32,000 nucleotides of DNA. Source: Desulfobulbus propionicus DSM 2032 (GTDB taxonomy: Bacteria > Desulfobacterota > Desulfobulbia > Desulfobulbales > Desulfobulbaceae). Shown piece after piece: positions 1 to 8,832 of this stretch. Where the stretch lies: positions 600,001 through 632,000 of the forward strand of contig NC_014972.1 of NCBI RefSeq assembly GCF_000186885.1. Direction: 5' to 3'. A program made the translations under genes and the position numbers. Each line of letters starts with the position of its first letter. Within the stretch, counting starts at the first letter, position 1. The notes below the pieces were generated by a model. It did not search any database and had not been told where the DNA came from. It worked only from the letters and a program-made list of their open reading frames with translations.

Positions 1-121
1 ATAATTTTATGAAGATAATTTTCCACAGGGTCCGCCCGACCGTCATCTGGCGAAAGCCATCGCGGTAAAAACGATAGACGCGCACTGGCAGCCATGGCCG
101 ATCGCCCGGTGGGCCGCTCAT
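1..121 (-). CDS. DUF4492-like small membrane protein, 3' truncated by the window edge (not in the supplied ORF track)
   Basis: Reading the minus strand from ATG at 121-119 gives MSGPPGDRPWLPVRVYRFYRDGFRQMTVGRTLWKIIFIKL..., open to the window edge. The (Y/F)YxDGFRxMTxGxTLWxIIxIKL pattern matches DUF4492 proteins from memory. The start overlaps the Rrf2 stop as ATGA (118-121). Confidence 0.75.
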   Translation of the reverse strand, partial: MSGPPGDRPWLPVRVYRFYRDGFRQMTVGRTLWKIIFIKL

Positions 122-597
122 TGCAGATCCTCATGGGCAGTGGCATCGTGCCCTTTTGGTTCAAGCAGCATGTCGGCAAAGGCGGGGAGACAGGTGGAGT
201 CGGCGCTCAGCTGGTCAAAGTTGACCCGGCGCAGGGTGTCGCGCAACTGGTCGCGGGCGTCCAGCCACACCCGGTGGACGGCACAGTACCGCTGAGCTTT
301 GCAGGCGGCCGGGCGGGCAACGCAGTCATTGAGATAGATTTCGCCGATCATGATTTCCACCACCTCCAGCAGGGAGATGGCCGCAGGGTGACGGTTGAGG
401 ACCAATCCCCCCCGCGCCCCCTGGCGAATTTCGATCAGGCCGGTTTTGGCGAGATCCTGGGCAATCTTGGCAAGAAAATTCGGGGGGATATCCGCTTGGG
501 CGGCAATCTCCTGGCGACTGGTCAGGACGCCCTGTCCTTGTCGGGACAGATAGATCATGCAGCGGATGGCGTATTCGGCGGCTCGGGTTAAACGCAT
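118..597 (-). CDS. Rrf2 family transcriptional regulator
   Basis: ORF MRLTRAAEYAIRCMIYLSRQG...IAAQADIPPNFLAKIAQDLAKTGLIEIRQGARGGLVLNR, typical Rrf2 winged-helix N-terminus. Internal ATG at 597 preferred over the track start at 669. Confidence 0.9.
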   Translation of the reverse strand: MRLTRAAEYAIRCMIYLSRQGQGVLTSRQEIAAQADIPPNFLAKIAQDLAKTGLIEIRQGARGGLVLNRHPAAISLLEVVEIMIGEIYLNDCVARPAACKAQRYCAVHRVWLDARDQLRDTLRRVNFDQLSADSTCLPAFADMLLEPKGHDATAHEDLQ

Positions 598-762
598 GGT
601 TTGTTGAATGAGACAAATAGGATGAATAAAGTCCTGTATAGGGAAATTAGGGTGGGGTGTCAACAGCAAATTGCGGAATTGAATAAGGAAAAATGGGAGC
701 GATGCGCTGGGTGCCGTTGGCAGAGGCTGGCTCCGATATGGCGCGTCACCGGAGGGGGTATC

Positions 763-3700
763 TCAGGCGGTATAGGACAGTCCTTGTTTTTTCGCCATTT
801 TTTCCCGGATCTTGCCCATCTCGGCCATGTCATGGAGATAGGTGTCGGATCGGTCGAGGTAAAAGGAGAGGGCCTTGGCAAAGTTTCTCCCCACCAGACC
901 GTCAACGAAAACCTGGCTGATTTCCCGATGGCGGTTAAGCACCAACTGCGAACGGTGAAAGATCAGCCATTCCTCGGTGGACATGGTGGCGGCGATCTGC
1001 TGCAAGGCTTTACGGGAGCGCGGCTGAAACATCCAAATGTACATCAGGTCCAGGGCATTGACGATGATGACCTTTTCCAGCTCGCGGGCCTCGTCATGGA
1101 TGGCGGCGATCAAAATTTTCGGATCCTGCAACAGATCCAGCACATCCTCTTCCGGAAAGAGCACGTCCAAACGGGCGAAGACCGAAAACAGCTGGGAAAT
1201 CTTGTCCCGATAGTCGATCAGCCGGATGCGAATGTTGTTCTGCCGGTCGGCCAACCCCTCGATCACTGCGGCCACGCAGTCTGAAGCCAGTTTGGAGATC
1301 ACCGCCGCCCATTTCTGCAGCCCGTCTTCGACCCCTGGGACGTTGGCCATGTGCAACCCCATGGCCAACGTATCGTTGAACAGGATGGCCAGGGGAATGG
1401 AGAGAAGCGATCTGAACAGGTTGCCGACGGCGGCGCTGCGGGGAAGACCGCGAAGGATGTTATGGGTGGAAATGTAGATGCCGTTGGCCAGGGCCATCAC
1501 CGAATAGAGTGCCAGCGGACTGGTTGAGGTGGTGACGCCCAGGTGTTGCTGCAAGAATAGTGTCTTGACCAGATAATCGAGCAGCGGCACGGAAAAGCCG
1601 GTGAAAAAAAGGGAGTCGGCGATCCTGCTCCAACTGACCAGCGAGTTCCAGGGCAAAAGCGGCGAACGCTTGAGTCCGCCACCGCCGAGGATCGATTGGA
1701 TGATGTTGCGTATGCCAGTGATGCCGAACCAGATGAAGGCCCCGAGATAGGCCAGCACCCACCAATCCTTGGTCAAGCTGAAGGTGAGGAAGGCGGGAAT
1801 GAAACCGGCCAGCACCTTGAGGGTGTTGCGCAGATGGGAGTTGAGATAGCGGAAGGGTTGGCCGATCTTTTCACTGTTGACGGACAGCTCCGGATGAATC
1901 TCCACCCTGGGGCTGCGACGGATCCCCCCCAAGGTACCGATGTTGCCATCGATTCCCGGATGGATCTCGAAGCGGTCAAGGGTCCAGTCGTGCCAGGTTT
2001 GGGTTCCGTTGCGGCGAAGTCCGGGGAGACGATGAAGTGCCCGGCGGTGCCAGGGCACGGAGACCGGATCGCTGCCGCGAACATGCTGATGGCTGATCAT
2101 CCGGGCGGTGACCGGAATGAGTTTTCGCTGCCCTGCCCGGTGCTCGCGGAGGACCGTGCGCACCGCCCGCGGCGGCAGGGTGTCGAGCGCCACCAATCCC
2201 ATGCCGTATTGCAGCTGCGACTGGCCGGTTGAACCGGAGCCAATGCGGGAGCCGAGATAACGCTTGTTGTAGTGGTTATGAAAGGATTCGATGTTGAGCA
2301 AAATGTCGAGCAACGCGGTTTTGCGCCGGTTCATTGCCTCGCATTCAGCCCGTAGTTTGGTGTTGTCCTCGGGCGGTGTTTTCTCCCGGCTCTCTTCGAG
2401 CCTTTTTTCAACCAGCAGGCGGGTGCGTTCAAAATCCCAGATGATCGAGCGGATCGCCCGTTTGAGGGAGATGACGTTGTCCTCGTTGAGCGCCTTCTGC
2501 AAGGCATTGATCAGCTGGTAGTTGCGGGCCGGGCTGGTGATATCCACCGCTTCGCCGGCAAAACCGCTGTCCTTGACCGAGGCGAGGGCTGTCATGCCGT
2601 GGGCCGAATCCTTGAGGTTGAAGGATTCGATATGGGTGATGCGGCCTTCGCAGACAAAGAGCAGCTCCAAGGTGTCCTGAATGGTGAGGTTGCTGAGATT
2701 GAGGGTGAAACGGGAGCCGGAATGCATTGAGGCCAAACGAGCCAGCAGTTCGGGCGGCGAGAGATTCAGCAGCGGCGGCATTCCTTGCTCGTGGGGGACC
2801 GTGGGGTCATGCAGGCCGGGGTTGCGGTACGGCTGGAGAAAGCGGTTGATCAGGCTTTCCAGGCCAAGAAGCTGCATCTTGCGGGAACAATGGAGCAGCA
2901 ATTCTTCCCGTTTTTTCACGTCACCGGAGTGATGCGCATGGATCTCGAGGACTTCGGCATCGAGCAGGGTATGGTACTGGTTCTGGATGAACTTGGCCAA
3001 ATGGAGCAGGGACGGTTGGCCGGTGCCGACAAAGTGAAGAAAGTCGGCCAGGTGCAAGGGAGTGCTTTCCAGGCCGAGTTCCTCATCCAGGGTCAGCCGG
3101 TGCTTGGTGTTGAACTCATTGAACACGTCAAGCACATAGTGTTGCTGATAGAGAGAAACTTGGCGGCCCTGTTCCATCATCTCGGCCACCGATTTCTCCT
3201 GGAGAAACTGCAACAGGTTGTTGGTGTCGAAAAATCCCTCCAATTCCCAGATAAAACGGACGAACTTATCGCGAAACCGCGCGGACAGCTCAATGCCGAT
3301 ACGCACATGGATATCAAGGATGGCGCCGGCCTCCAGCAACTCTTCCACCACTTCACGCTCGACATGGTTGTAATAGACCACGGTCAGCTTGCGGATGCCC
3401 TTGATCCAGGCATCCATCAGCAGGTGGGTCGGCGATTTCCGGCCCTTGGTGTTGGCATCGTGGACATGGTCGTCGAAGGCGAACTGGTTCCATTCCTCCG
3501 GCATTTCAAGCAGATGATATTTGGCCAGTTCCTCGCGGACCCTGCGGGGTTTGCCGGTATAGACCATGCGAAAATCATGGGCCAGTTTCAGCTGCCGCAG
3601 CTGATTGCCCTCACTACGCACCAGCTCCTTCATGATCTGCACCAGTACCCGAGCGGTATTCTTGTGATAGAAACTGGTGGCGGAGCTGAACACTTCCTCG

Positions 3701-3954
3701 CGCAGGCTGCGCAGGGCGGCGATACGATCTTGGGCCTTGCCTGCCTCGAGCGAGCCCAGCAGGCTGACAATGGCATAGGCGATCCGCAGACCGCTGGGGG
3801 CGGCCATCTCCTTGATGCCGTGCGGATGCATGTAGGGCGCCATCAGGGAACTCAGCGATTGCGGTCGGCTGCCCCGCTTGAGAACATCGTTGACGATGCT
3901 GAGCAACTTGTAGTCGTTGCGGTCGAAAAACAGCCGTGACGGCCTTTGATTCAT
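763..3954 (-). CDS. large uncharacterised protein (1063 aa) with a C-terminal membrane region
   Basis: Single long ORF. Soluble N-terminal half; hydrophobic segments in the C-terminal half (e.g. LKVLAGFIPAFLTFSL, WWVLAYLGAFIWFGITGI, ADSLFFTGFSVPLLDYLV). No family firmly recognised. Confidence 0.8.
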   Translation of the reverse strand: MNQRPSRLFFDRNDYKLLSIVNDVLKRGSRPQSLSSLMAPYMHPHGIKEMAAPSGLRIAYAIVSLLGSLEAGKAQDRIAALRSLREEVFSSATSFYHKNTARVLVQIMKELVRSEGNQLRQLKLAHDFRMVYTGKPRRVREELAKYHLLEMPEEWNQFAFDDHVHDANTKGRKSPTHLLMDAWIKGIRKLTVVYYNHVEREVVEELLEAGAILDIHVRIGIELSARFRDKFVRFIWELEGFFDTNNLLQFLQEKSVAEMMEQGRQVSLYQQHYVLDVFNEFNTKHRLTLDEELGLESTPLHLADFLHFVGTGQPSLLHLAKFIQNQYHTLLDAEVLEIHAHHSGDVKKREELLLHCSRKMQLLGLESLINRFLQPYRNPGLHDPTVPHEQGMPPLLNLSPPELLARLASMHSGSRFTLNLSNLTIQDTLELLFVCEGRITHIESFNLKDSAHGMTALASVKDSGFAGEAVDITSPARNYQLINALQKALNEDNVISLKRAIRSIIWDFERTRLLVEKRLEESREKTPPEDNTKLRAECEAMNRRKTALLDILLNIESFHNHYNKRYLGSRIGSGSTGQSQLQYGMGLVALDTLPPRAVRTVLREHRAGQRKLIPVTARMISHQHVRGSDPVSVPWHRRALHRLPGLRRNGTQTWHDWTLDRFEIHPGIDGNIGTLGGIRRSPRVEIHPELSVNSEKIGQPFRYLNSHLRNTLKVLAGFIPAFLTFSLTKDWWVLAYLGAFIWFGITGIRNIIQSILGGGGLKRSPLLPWNSLVSWSRIADSLFFTGFSVPLLDYLVKTLFLQQHLGVTTSTSPLALYSVMALANGIYISTHNILRGLPRSAAVGNLFRSLLSIPLAILFNDTLAMGLHMANVPGVEDGLQKWAAVISKLASDCVAAVIEGLADRQNNIRIRLIDYRDKISQLFSVFARLDVLFPEEDVLDLLQDPKILIAAIHDEARELEKVIIVNALDLMYIWMFQPRSRKALQQIAATMSTEEWLIFHRSQLVLNRHREISQVFVDGLVGRNFAKALSFYLDRSDTYLHDMAEMGKIREKMAKKQGLSYTA

Positions 3955-4107
3955 GGCTGACAGCTCTCCATGGTCGCTGGTTGTGTTCTCGGGAAATAGT
4001 GACCCATGGCGGCCATTATATATGTAAAGGCGGAAAAAGAGAAAGAGGCTTGGCAGGCTTCATCGGGAAAAGATCACCCAAAGACGGGGTCAGCGCATGG
4101 TCCGTGC

Positions 4108-6993
4108 TCAAGATCGACCGTGTTCCGCCAACAGGTAGCGAAGGATATCGGCGTCGGAAACCGGACGGGAAAAGTAATATCCCTGGGCTTCATGGCATCC
4201 CATGGCGCCTAGGCCGAGCAATTGTTCTTCGGTTTCCACGCCTTCGGCCACCACATTGAGATGCATCTGTTGGCTGATGGCGATGATGGTGGCGATGATG
4301 CCGCTATTGGCGTCGAGATTGTCGACAAATTGCTTGTCGATTTTCAGGGTATTGACCGGCATCTTGTTCAGCGAGCCCAACGACGAGTAGCCGGTTCCAA
4401 AATCGTCGATCGAGAAAAGAATGCCGAGTTCTCGCAGCCGGGACATGACCGCGAGCGTGTGCTCGACATCCTTCATTGCCGTGGTTTCGGTGATTTCGAA
4501 TTCCAGATAGTGAGGGGCGACCTGATAACGGCCGAGCAGGTCCTCGACCAGGTCGACGAAATCGGCGTTATGGAATTGGCGCGGCGAGATGTTGACGCTC
4601 ACCGGCACGGCGATATCCTGCTCCTTCATGACCACGTGAAAGGCACAAGTCTCTTCCAGGACAAAGAGACAAATATCGTCGATCAGGCTCGATTCCTCGG
4701 CGATGGGGATAAAGACGCTGGGGCTGATCAGCTTGCCCCCTTTGTTCCAGCGGATCAGGGCTTCCAGGGATGAAGTCTTGCGGGTGTCGATGTTGACCTT
4801 GGGCTGATAATGGACCACAAATTCCCGATGCAGCAGGCCAAAGCGGATACCGTTTTCGGTTCGGAATTTTTCGTAGAGCTCCTGGTGCATGCCCTTGGTG
4901 AATAGCACGTAACGGTTTTTTCCCTCGCGCTTGGCCCGGTGCATCGCCATGTCGGCGCTGCGGATCATTTCCATGGCCGTGTCACCATCGTCCGGATACA
5001 CCGAAATGCCGATGCTCGCGTTCACATAGATCTTTTTGAATTCGAGCAGAAACGGTTTTTTCAATACCGCCTGGATGCGGTTGGCCATCAGGTAGATAAA
5101 GGACTCGTTGTCGATCCGTTCCATGAGGAGAATGAATTCATCGCTGCCAAGGCGGCAGAGGGTGTGGGCACCGCCCAGAATCGAGGAAAGCCGTTGGCTG
5201 ACCTGAAGCAGCAGGTCATCGCCCTGATGGTGTCCGAAGACATCGTTGATGTTTTTGAAATTGTCGAGATCGATGAAAAAGACCGCCATTCGTCCGCCTT
5301 GCTGCTTGGCGTCGTGAATGGTCTTGGCCAGTTTGCGCTCCAGGAAGGCGCGGTTAGGCAGGCGGGTGAGGATATCGTGGTAGGCCATGAAGGCGATTTG
5401 CTTTTCCCGTTTCTTAAGTTCGCCGATCTCATAGAATGTGGCGAAATAATACAAAATCTGTTTGCGTTCGTTCCGGATGCTATTGATGGTCAACCATTCG
5501 GGATAGACGGTACCGTCCTTCTTTTTGTTCCAGATTTCGCCTTCCCAAGAACCTTTGCCGATCAGGCTCTGCCACATTTGGCGAAAAAAATCGGCATCAT
5601 GCTGGTCTGATTTGAGCATGCTGGGGTTCCGGCCGATGGCCTCGTGCGCCTCGTAGCCGGTGATGGTGGTGAAGGCGTCGTTGACCGCGAGAATCTTGCC
5701 GGTTTGGTCGGTGATGAAGATGCCCTCGGTGGCGTTGTCAAAAATGCGCTTGTAGATTTGTAGAAAATTTTCGGCACTTTTGCGAAAGTGAATTTCGGCG
5801 TTCAGCTTGTCGTTCGTTTGCTGGAGTTGTTCCACATACTGTTGAAATCGCGAGACGAGGAAGGTCGTTTCACAGCCTCCTTGGTAGTCTGTGCCGTCTT
5901 GCTCCGGCAGGTGCAGCTGCATGGCGAAGCGTCGCAGTGGCGCGGCCAGCAGTCGGCTCATGAAAAACGCCACCCCGACGGCCAGCAGGGCCGCTGCCAG
6001 GCTGACCAAGACAACCACATTGCGGCTCGACATCAGGCCGGCGTACGCTTCGGCCGTGTAGGTCGTCACGCCGATGATCAGGCCAAACTGGGGGATCCGC
6101 CTAAAAAAGAGGATTTTCTCCCGTTCATCCTGTTCACCCGGGTTTTTCCACAAGTACTTGACCATGCGGGTGTTGCCGGTGCCGGCGCGGGCGATGATTT
6201 TTTGTATCTGCTCAGCGAATCGTGGTTTGTCTGCATCGCTCAAATGCGGGTGGACGAGAAACTCTCCCTGTTGATTGAGGATGATGGCATAGCCTGAGCG
6301 ACCATATTTGAAAGCGGCGATGCGCTGTTCGATCACCTTGAAATCGATGATGCTTTGAAACTCTTCACGATAGCAGCAGACGGAAATAATCCAGTCCCAC
6401 GGTTTGAAATGGACCATGTAGAGGGCTTTGGGACGGAATGTCTTTTCATCCGGATTTTTCCATACGTATTCCATGTATCCGGTTTTTTTTGTTATTTGCT
6501 CGGTAATGAAGGACCAGGCCGGGCTGTATGTCTCCATCTTGAGGATGGGTTTTCCTTCCAGGTCACTGTTGGGATGAAATTGGAACACTCCCTGTGAGTT
6601 AAGAATGGAGATGTATCCGGATCGTCCGATCTGCTGGGAACGCAAAATGGCGGTTACCGCCATTTTCGCCATATTTTCACTCAATTCCCCGGTCAGCTGT
6701 TTTTGATGATAATTTTTGATGATCTCTAGATTTTTCTCAGCGATGGCACGCAGATAACTTTGGATGGAACTGTTGACGGTTAACTCGATCATGTCAACAA
6801 TCGATGAGCCGGCCGCTTCCATGCCTTCTTCAATCGTGGCGTTGAGTTGAGTGAAGGTAAAGTGCAGAATGAAAGCGAAGATGCCCAACAGCGGTGCGAT
6901 AAGCAGAAAAATGTTGCCGACAAAGATTTTTTTCCCGATGGACCACTTGCTCAGGAAGCGTGCCAGGTTTGTCGGAGGGTGAGGGGAAATCAT
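4108..6993 (-). CDS. membrane-bound Cache/PAS/GGDEF/EAL domain protein (c-di-GMP turnover)
   Basis: N-terminal TM plus large Cache-like periplasmic region, second TM, PAS motif (IYKRIFDNATEGIFITDQTGKILAVNDAFTTITGYEAHEAIG), GGDEF domain with LGSDEF, EAL domain (LEALIRW, DDFGTGYSSL, VAEGVETEEQL). The track start at 7053 is TTG; ATG at 6993 is more likely. Confidence 0.92.
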   Translation of the reverse strand: MISPHPPTNLARFLSKWSIGKKIFVGNIFLLIAPLLGIFAFILHFTFTQLNATIEEGMEAAGSSIVDMIELTVNSSIQSYLRAIAEKNLEIIKNYHQKQLTGELSENMAKMAVTAILRSQQIGRSGYISILNSQGVFQFHPNSDLEGKPILKMETYSPAWSFITEQITKKTGYMEYVWKNPDEKTFRPKALYMVHFKPWDWIISVCCYREEFQSIIDFKVIEQRIAAFKYGRSGYAIILNQQGEFLVHPHLSDADKPRFAEQIQKIIARAGTGNTRMVKYLWKNPGEQDEREKILFFRRIPQFGLIIGVTTYTAEAYAGLMSSRNVVVLVSLAAALLAVGVAFFMSRLLAAPLRRFAMQLHLPEQDGTDYQGGCETTFLVSRFQQYVEQLQQTNDKLNAEIHFRKSAENFLQIYKRIFDNATEGIFITDQTGKILAVNDAFTTITGYEAHEAIGRNPSMLKSDQHDADFFRQMWQSLIGKGSWEGEIWNKKKDGTVYPEWLTINSIRNERKQILYYFATFYEIGELKKREKQIAFMAYHDILTRLPNRAFLERKLAKTIHDAKQQGGRMAVFFIDLDNFKNINDVFGHHQGDDLLLQVSQRLSSILGGAHTLCRLGSDEFILLMERIDNESFIYLMANRIQAVLKKPFLLEFKKIYVNASIGISVYPDDGDTAMEMIRSADMAMHRAKREGKNRYVLFTKGMHQELYEKFRTENGIRFGLLHREFVVHYQPKVNIDTRKTSSLEALIRWNKGGKLISPSVFIPIAEESSLIDDICLFVLEETCAFHVVMKEQDIAVPVSVNISPRQFHNADFVDLVEDLLGRYQVAPHYLEFEITETTAMKDVEHTLAVMSRLRELGILFSIDDFGTGYSSLGSLNKMPVNTLKIDKQFVDNLDANSGIIATIIAISQQMHLNVVAEGVETEEQLLGLGAMGCHEAQGYYFSRPVSDADILRYLLAEHGRS

Positions 6994-7213
6994 GCTGCCG
7001 TTCTCTCGCTGTGCGAACAGGAATTGTCGAGTCTCTCGGGTGGGGTGAGACAACGTTTCTCCCTATCCGAATAGGGAAGGGGAGCCACATTTTGAATTTT
7101 AATGTAGCGCACTCCTTGTGCGCTGCAAAATCATATTTGCGGCAAGAAAACAGGAGAAGCAGGAGGACTGGTGGAAGGCACCGGTGATCGTGGGGAGCGT
7201 TAGCTGAGGCTAA

Positions 7214-7242
7214 AGTATATTGCCGCTGTAATGCATTGAAAA
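7214..7242 (-). promoter_or_regulatory. candidate sigma70 promoter for the GGDEF/EAL gene
   Basis: Minus strand TTTTCA (7242-7237), 17-nt spacer, TATACT (7219-7214). Confidence 0.4.
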
Positions 7243-7260
7243 CATGTAATATTTTTTTTA

Positions 7261-7294
7261 TTGTCAAGGGTTTGTTGGCGCAAATCCTTGACAA
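7261..7294. repeat. inverted repeat, 14-nt arms with one G-T wobble, 6-nt centre
   Basis: ttgtcaagggtttg (7261-7274) ttggcg caaatccttgacaa (7281-7294). Confidence 0.8.
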
Positions 7295-7316
7295 AAGGCA
7301 TTTCGCACATTTTAAT
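7288..7316 (+). promoter_or_regulatory. candidate sigma70 promoter for the DUF882/M15 gene
   Basis: TTGACA (7288-7293), 17-nt spacer, TTTAAT (7311-7316), about 86 nt upstream of the start codon. Confidence 0.6.
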
Positions 7317-7402
7317 AGGGACCAATTTTGGCTGCAACCACTCAGAGTGGGCGCTTTTTTGTCTAAAGGACAAACAAGATAAACCCTTGAACAAAGAGGA
7401 TA

Positions 7403-7969
7403 ATGGTTACAGATAAAAGTCTCGATCCACAATTGTCCCGTCGCTCTTTTCTTTGCAAATCAACACAAATCGCTCTTGGCTTGGGTGTGGTTTCCGTCCC
7501 AAGTATCAGTTGCGCCAAGGCGCTGGGCAAGCGGTCCCTGTCCTTTGTTCATACCCGCACCCAGCAGGAATTGACGCTGACTTATGCCTGGGGACAGGCA
7601 TACAATCCAAGGGCCCTGGCGCAGATCAGCCAATTTCTGCGCGATTACCAAACCGGTCAGACCCATCCCATCGATCCCAAGCTTCTTGATATTCTCTGGG
7701 CCATCCAGGGGGAGATGGGGCGAAAGGGGGTCTACGAGGTGATTTCCGGTTTCCGTTCGCCGCAAACGAACCGCAAACTGCGGCGCACCAGCAGTGGCGT
7801 GGCTGGTCACAGTCTGCACATGCAAGGCAAGGCCGTCGATATCCGTTTTCCAGGAATCGATACCGACCAAATCCATCAATGCGCTGTTGAAATGCGCACC
7901 GGAGGCGTGGGTTATTATGCCAAGGCCGATTTTGTCCACTTGGACTCCGGGCAGTATCGGACTTGGTAG
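7403..7969 (+). CDS. DUF882 / peptidase M15-like protein (MepK/YcbK-like murein endopeptidase) with Tat signal
   Basis: Tat-like signal SRRSFLCKSTQIALGLGVVSVPS; VISGFRSPQTNRKLRRTSSGVAGHSLHMQGKAVDIRFPG and VHLDSG match the M15/DUF882 metal-binding pattern. Confidence 0.9.
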   Translation: MVTDKSLDPQLSRRSFLCKSTQIALGLGVVSVPSISCAKALGKRSLSFVHTRTQQELTLTYAWGQAYNPRALAQISQFLRDYQTGQTHPIDPKLLDILWAIQGEMGRKGVYEVISGFRSPQTNRKLRRTSSGVAGHSLHMQGKAVDIRFPGIDTDQIHQCAVEMRTGGVGYYAKADFVHLDSGQYRTW

Positions 7970-8093
7970 GTGAGTGTGGCCCCGCCCGGGGAACGCGATT
8001 GACCTCAAACACGTGGCGGTAGTTCTGAAAACCGTCACGCGGCCTTGATGTGCTCGTTCTTTTTCTCCACAAGACGCGGATCGGGAGAGTATC

Positions 8094-8813
8094 CTAGCGG
8101 GAAAGGCTCCTCGCCAGGGTAAAGACCTCGATTCGCGTCGCGCCTCCCGCCCGTAATACTTTGCTGCACTCGTTTACCGTGCTGCCGGTGGTGAAGACAT
8201 CGTCGATCAGCAAAACTCGCTTGCCCTGAACCGATGCGGGCATGGAGAGGATGAAGGCATCCTTGAGGTTGGTCCGTCGTTCTTTGCCAGAGAGGTGGGC
8301 TTGCGGTGTGGTCGGCCTGCGGCGAAGCAGGAGGCTGGGGGTGATCCTTGTGCGCCACTGTGGAAAACAGCTGCGGGCCACGAGGAGGGACTGGTTGAAT
8401 CCCCTTGTCCGTAGGCGGCCCGAGTGCAAGGGAACGGGTGCTATAACCTCGGGTTCGGCAAACAGGCGCAGGCATTCGGACCGGCCCGCCAGGGCGCCGA
8501 GGGTGGCGAGTCCAGTCAAGCTAGTGCTGAATTTCAACCCAAGAATGAGAGCGGAAACAGGGGGCTGGTAAACAAACAGGGCCCTCGCCAGGTCAAAGGC
8601 GTAGCACCCTGTCAGGCAGTCGCCGCAGAGGTGATCGGCGCCGTTGGCAAACGGCAGGCCGCAACCCGGACAAACAGGAGAACTGATCTCGGCAAGCGCG
8701 CCCAGGCAGTCGCCGCACAAAAGTGGTGGCTGGGAGGAATCCAGCCGGCGCTCGCATCCCAGGCACGCCGGGGGAAACAGCAGGTCTTGGAGGGCCTTGA
8801 AGTAGGAAGGCAC
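8094..8813 (-). CDS. ComF family protein (phosphoribosyltransferase-like)
   Basis: Paired cysteine motifs CLGCERRL..LLCGDC, CPGCGLP, CGDCL; PRT-type motif RVLLIDDVFTTGSTVNECSKVLRAGGA. Confidence 0.92.
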   Translation of the reverse strand: MPSYFKALQDLLFPPACLGCERRLDSSQPPLLCGDCLGALAEISSPVCPGCGLPFANGADHLCGDCLTGCYAFDLARALFVYQPPVSALILGLKFSTSLTGLATLGALAGRSECLRLFAEPEVIAPVPLHSGRLRTRGFNQSLLVARSCFPQWRTRITPSLLLRRRPTTPQAHLSGKERRTNLKDAFILSMPASVQGKRVLLIDDVFTTGSTVNECSKVLRAGGATRIEVFTLARSLSR

Positions 8814-8832
8814 CTGCTGTGCCGAACAGTGG

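Noticed and set aside
1900-2150. Possible compensated frameshift inside the 1063-aa ORF (segment PVSVPWHRRALHRLPGLRRNGTQTWHDW looks atypical)
   Set aside because: The frame stays open and flanking text is coherent in the same frame. Without homologues the segment cannot be called a frameshift.
2785-3939. 384-aa plus-strand ORF
   Set aside because: Antisense to the 1063-aa gene with no recognisable family.
7978-7996. ccccgcccgggg as a terminator after the DUF882/M15 gene
   Set aside because: The stem is very short with almost no loop, and no T-tract follows.
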